A stretch of 49,018 bases of DNA from Myxococcota bacterium (GTDB taxonomy: Bacteria > Myxococcota_A > UBA9160 > PR03), in contig JBFIML010000033.1 of the NCBI GenBank assembly GCA_041611735.1, positions 1-49,018 on the forward strand, given 5' to 3'. Every line of letters starts with the position of its first letter. The stretch's first letter is position 1. Positions 36,136 through 45,483 of the stretch are shown one piece after another. The notes beneath the pieces were generated by a model. It saw only the letters and a list, made by a program, of their open reading frames with translations. It searched no databases and was not told the origin of the DNA. The position numbers and the translations under genes are program-made.

Positions 36136-36890
36136 GACGCCGCCTCCGCCGCCGGGGCCTCCGCTTCCCGGGCGGTGTGGCGCGCGAAGATCTCCTCGAG
36201 GCTGCGCCCGTCCCGAATGAGATCCGCCAGCGGCGCGTCGAGCACCTTGCGCCCCTGGTGGATCAGCATCACGCGGCGGCAGATGGCCTCCACCTCCGGC
36301 AGGATGTGGGTGGAGAGGATCACCGTGTGAGGGCTCTCGGCCTGGCGCGGACCGGCCAGCTCGGCGATGAGCGAGCGGATCTCGCGGATCTGGATCGGGT
36401 CGAGGCCGACGGTGGGCTCGTCGAGTATCAGCACGGGAGGATCGTGGACGATGGCCTGGGCGAGGCCGACCCGCTGGCGAAACCCCTTGGAGAGCGCACC
36501 GATCACGCGCCGGTGCACGTCGCGCAGGCCGCAGCGCTCGATGGCGCGCGCCACTGCCTCGCGGCGCTGGCGGCGCGGCACGTTCTTGAGGCAGGCCACG
36601 TAGGCCAGGTACCCGCGCACGTCCATCTCGGGGTACAGCGGCGGGCTCTCGGGCAGGTAGCCGATGGCGGCGCGGGCGGCGAGCGGCTCCCGGAAGATGT
36701 CGTGTCCGGCGATCAGCGCCGTACCGTCGGTCGGCGGCAGGAAGCCGGTCAGGATGCGCATGGTGGTGGTCTTGCCGGCGCCGTTCGGGCCCAGGAACCC
36801 CACCACCTCGCCGGGCGAGATCGAGAAGGAAACGTCGTCGACTGCGACCAGGTCACCGTAGCGCTTGGTGAGCCCCTGGGCCTCGATCAT
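36132..36890 (-). CDS. ABC transporter ATP-binding protein (GldA-like)
   Basis: GPNGAGKTT, LSKGFRQRVG, ILDEPTVGLDP, STH. Confidence 0.95.
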   Translation of the reverse strand: MIEAQGLTKRYGDLVAVDDVSFSISPGEVVGFLGPNGAGKTTTMRILTGFLPPTDGTALIAGHDIFREPLAARAAIGYLPESPPLYPEMDVRGYLAYVACLKNVPRRQRREAVARAIERCGLRDVHRRVIGALSKGFRQRVGLAQAIVHDPPVLILDEPTVGLDPIQIREIRSLIAELAGPRQAESPHTVILSTHILPEVEAICRRVMLIHQGRKVLDAPLADLIRDGRSLEEIFARHTAREAEAPAAEAAS

Positions 36891-36916
36891 CGGAGTGGCC
36901 CCCGTTCCTGATCCGG

Positions 36917-37060
36917 CGCCGCGGACGGCGCACGTTGCAGGTGTCGGGAAAGCGACGACCCTCGTCTGGCGCGGCACCGGCGGACCCCGCAGAGCCGTCC
37001 CGGCAGCTTCGGCCGTCGCATCGGATTCGCAGCGAACGCGCGTTCCGCGTCCGCGGGGCG
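36917..37060 (-). ncRNA. Candidate rod-shaped structured RNA (6S-like architecture or cis-regulatory leader)
   Basis: Nested helices CCGCGGACG/CGUCCGCGG, GCGCGUU/AACGUGC, GCGACGGCC/GGUCGUCGC around a central bubble; G-U pairs form only on the minus strand; begins just after a promoter. Confidence 0.5.
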
Positions 37061-37063
37061 CGA

Positions 37064-37091
37064 AGTATAGGCAGGCGGCCCGCGGCGTCAA
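37064..37091 (-). promoter_or_regulatory. Near-consensus sigma70 promoter for the RNA/ABC operon
   Basis: TTGACG-N16-TATACT. Confidence 0.7.
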
Positions 37092-37204
37092 CCAAGTCGA
37101 GAGCCGAGCCCGTACGGGGACGTGGGCCGCCTTGCTGCCGTCGGGCGTGGCCTGTGGGCGGCCGCCCATGGCGAGGCGCAAAGCGGGCGGGATAGACTCG
37201 GACC

Positions 37205-37456
37205 GTGGCACCGAAGACGTTCGCGCTCTGGCTGCTGCTCGTGCTGGCCGGCCCGGAAATCGGGCGGGCCGCCGGGCCGGCGCCGGGGGAGGCCGACTCC
37301 TGGCGGGGCCGCTACTGCACGCCGCTCGGCTGCCGCGGCGGGTCGGGAGCCTCCGCCACCACCGCCGCTGGCTTCGGGGCGGCGGTGCTGGCAGCGGGCC
37401 TGATCGGGCGCCGTCGCGACGCCCGCCGGGCGCTCAGGCTCCCCCCTGCAACATGA
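37205..37456 (+). CDS. Small exported protein with Cys pair and C-terminal TM-RRR anchor
   Basis: Signal peptide, YCTPLGC, AAGFGAAVLAAGLIGRRR; TAGACT -10 six nt before the GTG. Confidence 0.6.
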   Translation: MAPKTFALWLLLVLAGPEIGRAAGPAPGEADSWRGRYCTPLGCRGGSGASATTAAGFGAAVLAAGLIGRRRDARRALRLPPAT

Positions 37457-37745
37457 TCCACTGGAAGTAGCTGGAGGAGCCGGGTACACGCCCGCCCCGG
37501 CCGCGCTCGATCCGGATCTTGCTACCGCTCTCGGAGCTCGCGAGCACTTCCCGAAAGGCCTCGATCTTGCGGCCCGGGTCTTCCGGATTCAGGCCGTGGA
37601 ACACGATCTCCACGCGATCGCGCGTCTCGAGGACGTTCAGCACCAGCGTCGCCAGGGTGAAGAGCTTGCCGATGCCCTCCACCGCCTCGACGGCGAAGCG
37701 CGGTACGTCTACGTTCGAGAGCTCGAAGTTGTACTCGAGACGCAT
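37434..37745 (-). CDS. Hypothetical protein (103 aa)
   Basis: Globular composition, GC3-biased codons, GAAGGAG SD, upstream TTGACA at 37805-37810. Confidence 0.75.
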   Translation of the reverse strand: MRLEYNFELSNVDVPRFAVEAVEGIGKLFTLATLVLNVLETRDRVEIVFHGLNPEDPGRKIEAFREVLASSESGSKIRIERGRGGRVPGSSSYFQWIMLQGGA

Positions 37746-37822
37746 GCGCGCTCCTTCCCGGGAGCCGGCCCGGCGGGCGCAGGGTGACCTGCGTGGCCCC
37801 CGGGTGTCAAGCGACCGGGGGG

Positions 37823-39397
37823 CTAGTGCCGTCGGGAGCCGGCGCGAAGGGCCCGCACGCGGTCGAGCAGCTCGGAAGGCTCGAGCACCTCCTTCTCGAC
37901 CAGCAGCTCGGTGAGGGCGCGCAGCACGTCGCGGGTGGAGATCGTCGTCCCCTCGTCGAGACGGACGTCCGACTGGGTGGCGTCGGACAGCGCCTCGGAG
38001 CGCCAGACCTCGCTGGTGGCGTCGGGATCCGGACCCGCGGCCTCGTCCTCGGGCGGCTCGCCGGCCGGGTCGCGGTCGGCGGCTTCGTCCGCCGCCTCCG
38101 GCTTCGGCGCGGGGGCCTCCAGGTCCAGCTCGGCGATCTCGGCGCCGGCTTCGGGCACCGAGAGCTCCCCGGCTTCCATCTCCGCCGCGGCGGCCCGGGC
38201 GAGGCCGTCGCCCGCCTCGCAGGCTCCGTTCGAGCCTTCGAGGTCCGGCTGCACGGCGAGGGCGTCGTCCGCTGCGGCCTCCCCCCCGGCCTCCTCCTCG
38301 TCCTCGAGGGGGAGCAGCTCGGCGCAGCTGTCCGGATCCTGGGGCGGGAACGGCTTCTCCTCCGGCGCCCCCGCGAAGCCCTGGAACGCGCGCTCCGGGG
38401 CCGACGCCCCGGCCTCGCCGGCGGCGTCCTCCCCGGGCTCGTAGTCCACGTCGATCTCCTCACTGCTGAGCAGGTCGGACGCGTCCAGCGCCGCCGGGTT
38501 CTCGGGGGTGGACGGCTCGTCGGCCTCGGGCTCGGGGCTGGGGAGCCCCTCGGCATAGGGCTCGAAGGCCGCGTCCAGGGAGGCTTCGAAATCCTCGTCG
38601 ACCGCATCCCGGTCGGCGAACGCGCTGGGGGCCGGCTCGGGCTCCGGCGAGGCATCGGCCTCCGGCGAGCTCGAGAGCAGGCCGGTCGGGAACATGCCCG
38701 ACTCCTCGGCGGCCGCGTCGAGCCCGGACGCCAGGGTCTCCTCGGAGACGAAGGGGCTCGAGGGATCTGCGTCGGCCTCGGGCTCGGGGGCCTCGAAATC
38801 GGCCTCCGGCTCGGGGGCCTCGGACTCGTCGGCCTCGGGCTCGGGGGCCGGCTCCTGCAGGGCCCCGGCGGCCTGCTCGGGGGCGGTATCGTCCGACTCG
38901 AGCGGAGCTTCCGGGATCGGGTGCCCCAGCCCCTCGTCGGGCGAGCTCTCGCCGATGCCGCCGTAGAAGCGCGCCAGGGCGCGCCGCAGCTCGTCGGGTC
39001 CGATCAGCACGGGACGTACGCGCCGGCCGGTGCGGAAGCTCACGTCGTCGATGGCGGCCAGGTCGGTGGGATCCTCCATGCCGAGATGCAGCAGCTCGCG
39101 CCCCGCCTCGCGCTTCACGAACAGGGGCAGGCAGCGGTACTTCTCCGCCAGCTCGTGGGGCAGCAGCTCCAGGACGTCCGACGGCACGCGTTTGCTGCCC
39201 AGCCGCACGGCAGAAATGCCCAGCTGGCGGGAGAGGGTGCCCAGCAGCTGCTCCTCGGTCACGAAGCCGAGACGCAGCAAGGCGAGCCCCAGGCGACCTC
39301 CCCAGCGGCGCTGCTCGCCGAGCGCGCGGGCCAGCTGGAGCTCGTCGATCAGGCCCCCGCGGACCAGAACCTCTCCGAGAAGCGGTCGATCGGCCAT
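37823..39397 (-). CDS. MshEN/GspE-N domain protein with long acidic linker, no ATPase
   Basis: LLGEVLVRGGLIDELQLARALGEQRRWGGRLG, LAEKYRCLPL, LGMEDPTDL; Glu/Asp/Ala/Pro-rich middle; C-terminal LRALTELLVEKEVL; GGAGGA SD before ATG 39397. Confidence 0.88.
   Translation of the reverse strand: MADRPLLGEVLVRGGLIDELQLARALGEQRRWGGRLGLALLRLGFVTEEQLLGTLSRQLGISAVRLGSKRVPSDVLELLPHELAEKYRCLPLFVKREAGRELLHLGMEDPTDLAAIDDVSFRTGRRVRPVLIGPDELRRALARFYGGIGESSPDEGLGHPIPEAPLESDDTAPEQAAGALQEPAPEPEADESEAPEPEADFEAPEPEADADPSSPFVSEETLASGLDAAAEESGMFPTGLLSSSPEADASPEPEPAPSAFADRDAVDEDFEASLDAAFEPYAEGLPSPEPEADEPSTPENPAALDASDLLSSEEIDVDYEPGEDAAGEAGASAPERAFQGFAGAPEEKPFPPQDPDSCAELLPLEDEEEAGGEAAADDALAVQPDLEGSNGACEAGDGLARAAAAEMEAGELSVPEAGAEIAELDLEAPAPKPEAADEAADRDPAGEPPEDEAAGPDPDATSEVWRSEALSDATQSDVRLDEGTTISTRDVLRALTELLVEKEVLEPSELLDRVRALRAGSRRH
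38771..38849 (-). repeat. Imperfect coding repeat APEPEAD x3
   Basis: tcggcctc(g/c)ggctcgggggcc occurs three times at 27-30 nt spacing. Confidence 0.75.
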
Positions 39398-39441
39398 CGA
39401 CTCCTCCGGTCGGGACTGATCGGCCAACCAGGGCCTCGGGA

Positions 39442-40488
39442 TTAGGCTTGGTTTCGGGGGGGGGCGGAGACGGCCGCGGCCCCGGGCCGCGAGGCCGCCG
39501 GCCGAGCCTCGGGCTCGACCAGGAAGCAGCGGCTGTGCCGCCCGGGGAGCGCATAGAGGGGGGGCTCCTCCCGCGGGCAGCGGTCGAAGGCCTCCGGGCA
39601 GCGGGTGTGGAAGCGGCAGCCGGGCGGAGGCCGGGCGGGTGAGGGCACGTCACCCCGCACCTGGACCCGGACCGTGCGCCGGCCCGGGTCGAAGGAGGGG
39701 ATGGCGGCCAGCAGACCCCGGGTATAGGGATGCCGCGGAGCGTCGAAGAGCGCCTCGGTGGGCGCCTCCTCCACGATCTCGCCCAGGTACATGACCGCCA
39801 CCCGATCCGCCAGGTAGCGCACCACCGACAGGTCGTGGGTGATGAACAGGTAGGCGATTCCCAGCTCCTGCTGCAGCTCGCGCAGGAGGTTCAGCATCTG
39901 GGCCTGGATCGAGACGTCCAGGGCGGAGATGGCCTCGTCGCACAGGATGAGGCGCGGCTCCACCGCCAACGCGCGTGCCAGGCAGATGCGCTGGCGCTGC
40001 CCCCCGGAGAACTCGTGCGGGTAGCGGAACATCTGGTCCGGATCGAGCTGCACGCGCCGGAAGAGCTCCGCCACCCGCTCGGTGCGCTCCGCCTCGTCGG
40101 CGCCGATCCCGAACACCTTCATGCCCTCCGCCACGGCGTCGCGGACCCGCATGCGCGGATCCAGGGAGGCGAGCGGATCCTGGAACACGATCTGGATCGC
40201 GCGCCGGTAGGGCCGCAGGGCCTCGCGCCTCAGGGCCAGCAGATCCACCCCGTCGAACCAGACGCGTCCCTGCTGGGGCTCCACCAGGCGCAGGATCGAG
40301 CGGGCCACCGTGGACTTGCCGCAGCCGGATTCCCCCACCAGGGCGACCGTGCGGCCCGGCGGCACCAGGAGGTCCACCCCATCCACGGCGCGCACCCACG
40401 CGTGCGGACGGCGCAGCAGGCCCGCCCGGATCGGAAACCAGGTGCGCAGGCCCTCGACCCGCAGCAGCGCCTGGGCCCCGGCGCTCAC
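39442..40488 (-). CDS. Oligopeptide ABC ATP-binding protein (OppF-like)
   Basis: [32 protein letters not shown] start overlapping the upstream stop. Confidence 0.93.
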   Translation of the reverse strand: MSAGAQALLRVEGLRTWFPIRAGLLRRPHAWVRAVDGVDLLVPPGRTVALVGESGCGKSTVARSILRLVEPQQGRVWFDGVDLLALRREALRPYRRAIQIVFQDPLASLDPRMRVRDAVAEGMKVFGIGADEAERTERVAELFRRVQLDPDQMFRYPHEFSGGQRQRICLARALAVEPRLILCDEAISALDVSIQAQMLNLLRELQQELGIAYLFITHDLSVVRYLADRVAVMYLGEIVEEAPTEALFDAPRHPYTRGLLAAIPSFDPGRRTVRVQVRGDVPSPARPPPGCRFHTRCPEAFDRCPREEPPLYALPGRHSRCFLVEPEARPAASRPGAAAVSAPPRNQA

Positions 40489-41465
40489 CCGGCCTCTTCC
40501 CGGGCCACCACGTGGCAGCGCGTCTCGTGGCCCGGAGCGAGGCGCGTGGGTTCGGGATCGACGTCGTGGCAGACGGGCAGCACGCGCGGACAGCGAGTGG
40601 CGAAGCGGCAGCCCTTGGGCCACTCGTCCGGCGGGGGCACCACGCCGGGGATCTCCGCCAGCGGCGCGCCACGCCGGCCGAGCGCGGGCATGGCCCGCAG
40701 CAGACCCTGGGTATAGGGGTGGCGGGCGCCGGCCAGCACCTCGGTGCGCTCCCCCACCTCCACCAGGCGACCGGCGTACATCACGGCGACCCGGTCGGCC
40801 AGCTCGTTCACGATGCCCACGTCGTGGGTGATCAATAGCACCGCCATGCCGAGCTGCTCCTGCAGCTCGCGCAGCAGCTCCAGGATCTGGGCCTGGATCG
40901 TCACGTCGAGGGCCGTGGTGGGCTCGTCGGCGATGAGCAGCTTCGGGCGCGAGGCCAGGGCCATGGCGATCATCACCCGTTGCTTCATGCCGCCCGACAG
41001 CTGGTGGGGGTAGGCGTCCAGGCGCTGCTCGGGGTCCGGAATGCGCGCCCGCTCGAAGAGCTCGAGGGTGCGGCGACGCGCCTCGCTTGCCGTCACCCGT
41101 TCGTGCAGGCGGATCGACTCGACCACCTGGCTGCCGACCGGGTGCACCGGGTTCAGGCTCGTCATGGGCTCCTGGAAGATCATGGCCACGTCGCGGCCCC
41201 GGACCCGGCGCAGCTCGGGCACCGGGAGCGCCAGCAGCTCGCGTCCGGCGAGGCGCACGCTGCCGGTCTCGATCCGACCGGGGCGCGGCACGAGACGCAG
41301 GATGGAGAGGGCCGTCATCGACTTGCCACAGCCCGATTCGCCCACCAGGGCCAGCACCCGCCCGCGCTCCACGTCGAGATCCACCCGGTCCACCACGGGC
41401 ACGCGCCCGCCGTCCGCCGGGAACGTGGTGATCAGGTCCCGCACCTGCAGCACCCGCTCGTTCAC
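40485..41465 (-). CDS. Oligopeptide ABC ATP-binding protein (OppD-like)
   Basis: [49 protein letters not shown]. Confidence 0.93.
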   Translation of the reverse strand: MNERVLQVRDLITTFPADGGRVPVVDRVDLDVERGRVLALVGESGCGKSMTALSILRLVPRPGRIETGSVRLAGRELLALPVPELRRVRGRDVAMIFQEPMTSLNPVHPVGSQVVESIRLHERVTASEARRRTLELFERARIPDPEQRLDAYPHQLSGGMKQRVMIAMALASRPKLLIADEPTTALDVTIQAQILELLRELQEQLGMAVLLITHDVGIVNELADRVAVMYAGRLVEVGERTEVLAGARHPYTQGLLRAMPALGRRGAPLAEIPGVVPPPDEWPKGCRFATRCPRVLPVCHDVDPEPTRLAPGHETRCHVVAREEAG

Positions 41466-42499
41466 AGGCGCTCTCGCAGCGTGCGGGGGTCCAGGATGTC
41501 GCGCACGGCGTCCCCCACCACGTTCACCGTCAGGATCAGCCCGAAGAGCGCCAGCGAAGCGGCGCCCAGGTTCCACCAGATCACGGGCTCCCGGGATAGC
41601 TCGTCGCGGGCCTGGTCGATCATCTGGCCCCAGCTGCCATCGATGCCGATCCCGAGCCAGGAGAGGATGGCCTCCGAGAGGACGAGTCCCGAGAAGAGCA
41701 GCACGAACGTGATCACCACGAGATGGGTCAGGTTCGGGAGCACGTGGCGCAGGATGATGCGCGGCTCGGAGACCCCGAGCGCCCGCGCCGCCTGGACGTA
41801 GTCGAGCTCGCGCAGCTTCAAGGTCTCGCCGCGCGTCACCCGGCAGAACCCCACCCAGCTCGTCACGCCGAGCGCCACGCACACCTGCAAGGGACCCCGG
41901 CCGAGGGCCATGATCAGCGCGATCAGCAGCAGCAGCGACGGCATCGAAGCCAGGGTGGACATCAGGAAGAAGACGAAGTCGTCCCATCGCCCGCCGAAGT
42001 AGCCGGCGGACACGCCGAACAGCAGGGCCAGGGGGATCACGATCAGTCCGGTCAGGCCCCCGATCAGGAAGGCAACCCGGGTGCCCTTGAGCGTCAGATG
42101 GAGCACGTCGCGGCCCAGGATGTCGGTGCCGAGCAGATGGCGCCGCGGGTAGCGCAGCGGCGCGTCTCCGTAGAACTCGCGCGACGCCAGCGGCGCCGAG
42201 TAGCTGCGCTCCTGGAAGTCGACTGGAAACAGCCGATCGACCGCGCTGCGCGGCTTGTGCAGCGCGACGAAATCGCCGCGCTCGGGTCCGGACGCCCCGG
42301 CGCCGCCCACCCAGGCCACTGAGTCCAGGCCGGCCACCAGCGCAAACAGGGCCACGATGCCGAGCGCCAGCGGACGCCGCCGGACCAGGTCGCGGGCGGC
42401 TTCGCGCCAGACCCGGCTGCGCCGGACCGCGAGGCCGACGGTCAGCGCCCCCAGGACGAGCGCCGCCACCACCCCGTTCGACCACACGTGGGGCTCCAT
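41462..42499 (-). CDS. Peptide ABC permease (OppC-like)
   Basis: LGTDILGRD, YVQAARALG, RHVLPN, SWGQMI. Confidence 0.93.
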   Translation of the reverse strand: MEPHVWSNGVVAALVLGALTVGLAVRRSRVWREAARDLVRRRPLALGIVALFALVAGLDSVAWVGGAGASGPERGDFVALHKPRSAVDRLFPVDFQERSYSAPLASREFYGDAPLRYPRRHLLGTDILGRDVLHLTLKGTRVAFLIGGLTGLIVIPLALLFGVSAGYFGGRWDDFVFFLMSTLASMPSLLLLIALIMALGRGPLQVCVALGVTSWVGFCRVTRGETLKLRELDYVQAARALGVSEPRIILRHVLPNLTHLVVITFVLLFSGLVLSEAILSWLGIGIDGSWGQMIDQARDELSREPVIWWNLGAASLALFGLILTVNVVGDAVRDILDPRTLRERL

Positions 42500-42502
42500 G
42501 GC

Positions 42503-43468
42503 CTACTCGAGCCGGACCCGGGGATCCACCAGCGTGTAGGCCACGTCGGTCAGGATCTGCCCCGCGATGAAGAGCAACGCCCCGATGTAGACCATCACTC
42601 GCAAGGTCGCGAAATCGTTGGCGTTGATGGCGTCCACGGTGATCGAGCCGAGACCGGGGATCCCGAAGAACGACTCCAGCAGGATCGAACCCGTGAACAG
42701 GAACGGGATCGCCACCACCACATTGGTCAGGATCGGGATCAGGGCGTTGCGCAGCACGTGGTGCACCATGATGCGGGCGTCGCCGGCACCCTTGGCGCGT
42801 GCGGTCCGGACGTAGTCCCGGCTCGTTTCCTCCACGAAGACCGTGCGGTAGAAGCGCACGTCCGAGCCCACCCCGTTCAGGAGCCCGACGAGCCAGGGCA
42901 GCGCCAGGAAGCGCGTGATCACCGCCGGCGAGGCGTCGAAGCCGGAAATCGGGAACCAACGCAGCAGCTTCCCGATCAGGTACTGCCCACCCAGGATGTA
43001 GATCAGGATGGAGACGCTCATGGCCAGCACGCACAAGATGACGCCGGTGCGGTCGATGTAGGTCTCACGGAAGAAGGCCACCAGCAACGAGAGCGCCATG
43101 GAGATCAGGAGACCCATGGCGAACAGCGGCACGGTCAGCGCGAGACTCGGCAGCACCCCCTCGCCCAGCCGCTTCTTGATGGGCACGTCGTCCGCGTCGC
43201 TGCGGCCGAAATCGAAGGTCAGCATGCGCCGGAAGTGCTCGACCAGCATGGTGTCCAGCGGACGCTCGGCGTTCCAGAAGCGCGGCTTGTCGTAGCCGTG
43301 GTTCACCAGCCATCGCTGGATGACCTCGGGCGGGGCCTTCTCGCCCAACGCGCGCCGGGCCACGTCCTCCGGGGTGGCGTACAGGAAGAAGAGTACGAAC
43401 AAGAACAGCAGGACCCCGAGCACCGTGACGAGGCCGTAGAGCGTGCGCCGCAGCAGGTACGCGAGCAT
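42503..43468 (-). CDS. Peptide ABC permease (OppB-like)
   Basis: MLAYLLRR, DFGRS, DYVRTARAKG, HVLRNALIP, VDPRVR. Confidence 0.93.
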   Translation of the reverse strand: MLAYLLRRTLYGLVTVLGVLLFLFVLFFLYATPEDVARRALGEKAPPEVIQRWLVNHGYDKPRFWNAERPLDTMLVEHFRRMLTFDFGRSDADDVPIKKRLGEGVLPSLALTVPLFAMGLLISMALSLLVAFFRETYIDRTGVILCVLAMSVSILIYILGGQYLIGKLLRWFPISGFDASPAVITRFLALPWLVGLLNGVGSDVRFYRTVFVEETSRDYVRTARAKGAGDARIMVHHVLRNALIPILTNVVVAIPFLFTGSILLESFFGIPGLGSITVDAINANDFATLRVMVYIGALLFIAGQILTDVAYTLVDPRVRLE

Positions 43469-45483
43469 CACTGACGCTCCCGCAGGAAGGTGCGCACGGC
43501 GGGCAGGAAGAGCCCGAGGGCCATGGCGCCGAGGGCATAGGCGGGCCAGCGGACCGGCCGGTTCCAGGCCTCGCGCAATTCCGCGCGCCGTTCCGGGTCC
43601 ACGTCGCGGTACTTGAGCGTCGGCACCGGCAGCCCCATCGGCTTCACGTTCCGCACCCAGGCGTGGTAGAGCGCATAGTCCTCCGGGTGGAACAGCTCGA
43701 TCCACGGCCGCTCGCGCTCGAGGATGCCCTGCATGACCCGGATGATCTCGAGGCGACGAGCGTCGTTGACCCGGTTCTTCATCTGGAGGAAGAGCGCGTC
43801 GTAGTCCGGATCCGAGAAGTTGGCCGTGTTGGGGCCGCCGCTGGCGGTCTGGCCCATGGGGCTCCAGAGCAGGAACAGGAAGTTCTCGGGATCCGGATAG
43901 TCCGCGATCCAACCCCACATGAAGAGCTGGTAGGAGCCGTTGCGCACCTTCTCCCGGAACTGGTTGTAGTTGGTGGCCGCGATCTCGACGTCGATCCCGA
44001 TCCGCTTCCAGGCATCGACGAAGAACTGGTAGCGGAGGCGCCCCGCTGCGCTGGTGTCCGCCGTGTCGAAGGTGAGGCGCAGGGGCTGGCCCGTGTCCGG
44101 ATCGAGGCCGCGTGCATAGCCCGCTTGCGCCAGCAGCTCGCGGGCGCGGGCCAGCTCCAGGCTTCGCCAGGGGTTCTCGTAGTCCGGGTCGTGGCCGAAG
44201 AGGCCGGGCGGCAGTGGGGAGTGGGCCGGGATGCCGCGTCCGTTCAGGAAGATGCGCAGGAACTCGCGCGCGTCCACCGCCAGGCTCATGGCCTGACGCA
44301 GCTTGCGTCCGCGCTCGCCCGCGGGGGTGCCGACCACCGGGTCGGTCATGTTGAAGCCCAGGTAGTAGACGCCCGGCGTGACGGAGCGCTCGAGCTGCAT
44401 GCCGAGGGCGGCCATCTCGGGGGAGAGGGCGTCCTCGCGGATCACCCGGTCGAAGCTCTCCTTGATGATGCCCGAGGCGTCGTAGTAGCCCTGCAGGAAC
44501 TTCGTGAAGGCCGGGATCGACTCCTTCTCGAGCCGGAACTCGATGCGCTCCAGGAAGGGGAGCGGGCGGCCCACGTAGGCCGGGTCCAGGCGTCCCGCCT
44601 CCCGGTCCTGCGGCTCTCCCTCCCGGGGATAGGTGGCCCCCGGCGCCTTCCACTCCGGGTGCTCGATGCCGTACCAGGCGGGGTTGCGCTCCATCACGAT
44701 GCGGCTGCGCTTGTCGTAGCGGACCAGCCGGAAGGGCCCCGTTCCCACCGCCACCTCCGCGAAGTGGTGGCGTCCCCCCTCGCCGTCGTACCAGGCCACC
44801 GCCTCCCACGGGACCGGCGAAGTGAAGGGCATGGCGAACCAGTACAGGATCTGCGGGTACGACTCCTCGAGGACCACCTCGAACTCGTGGGGCCCGAGGA
44901 TGCGCAGTCCCTCGACGCCGCCTGCGGCCGTGTACTGGGCGTCGATGCGCTGCGCCGCGAAGGCGGCGTCGCTGCGCAGCTCGTCCAGGCGCCGGGAGAA
45001 GGCCCGCAGCCCCACGATCTTCTCGAAATTGCCGATCACGGGGCTGTTGACCGCGGCATCTGCGATGCGCTGGATGCCGAACACCACGTCGTCGGCCCGC
45101 ATCTCGCGAGTGGTGCGGCCCGCCCCCGCGAGTCCGAAGCTCGGATCGTCGTGGTAGCGAACGCCCTCCAGCAGACGGAAGCGGTAGGCGACGCGGCCGT
45201 CGGGAAGCCTGCGCGGCTCGGGCACCTCGCGCGCGAGGCCCGGGATCAGGGTGTAGGGACGCTTGAGGAAGTGGTACTCGAGCAGCGTCTCGTAGGCGTT
45301 GCTCAGCACCAGATGGTCGGAGGTCGAGTAGGCGACCTGGGGATCGAGGGTCTTGGGAGGCTCACCGAAGGTGGTGTAGAAGATGCGGCGGCCCGAGTCC
45401 TGCTCCGGATAGGGATCGTTGGTGCAGGCCGAAGCGAGCAGCGCGAGCCCGACCCCCGCCGCCAGCAGCGCGCATCGAGTCAC
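43468..45483 (-). CDS. Peptide ABC substrate-binding lipoprotein (family 5)
   Basis: Lipobox ASAC, PKTLDP, VGTGPF, YLGFN, WIADYPDPENF. Confidence 0.92.
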   Translation of the reverse strand: MTRCALLAAGVGLALLASACTNDPYPEQDSGRRIFYTTFGEPPKTLDPQVAYSTSDHLVLSNAYETLLEYHFLKRPYTLIPGLAREVPEPRRLPDGRVAYRFRLLEGVRYHDDPSFGLAGAGRTTREMRADDVVFGIQRIADAAVNSPVIGNFEKIVGLRAFSRRLDELRSDAAFAAQRIDAQYTAAGGVEGLRILGPHEFEVVLEESYPQILYWFAMPFTSPVPWEAVAWYDGEGGRHHFAEVAVGTGPFRLVRYDKRSRIVMERNPAWYGIEHPEWKAPGATYPREGEPQDREAGRLDPAYVGRPLPFLERIEFRLEKESIPAFTKFLQGYYDASGIIKESFDRVIREDALSPEMAALGMQLERSVTPGVYYLGFNMTDPVVGTPAGERGRKLRQAMSLAVDAREFLRIFLNGRGIPAHSPLPPGLFGHDPDYENPWRSLELARARELLAQAGYARGLDPDTGQPLRLTFDTADTSAAGRLRYQFFVDAWKRIGIDVEIAATNYNQFREKVRNGSYQLFMWGWIADYPDPENFLFLLWSPMGQTASGGPNTANFSDPDYDALFLQMKNRVNDARRLEIIRVMQGILERERPWIELFHPEDYALYHAWVRNVKPMGLPVPTLKYRDVDPERRAELREAWNRPVRWPAYALGAMALGLFLPAVRTFLRERQ

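Noticed and set aside
36975-37020. Partial resemblance to a c-di-GMP-I riboswitch (CGGCCGAAG..GCCGGGACG)
   Set aside because: Lacks the conserved GGCAAA and GCAAAGC elements and the GNRA tetraloop/receptor.
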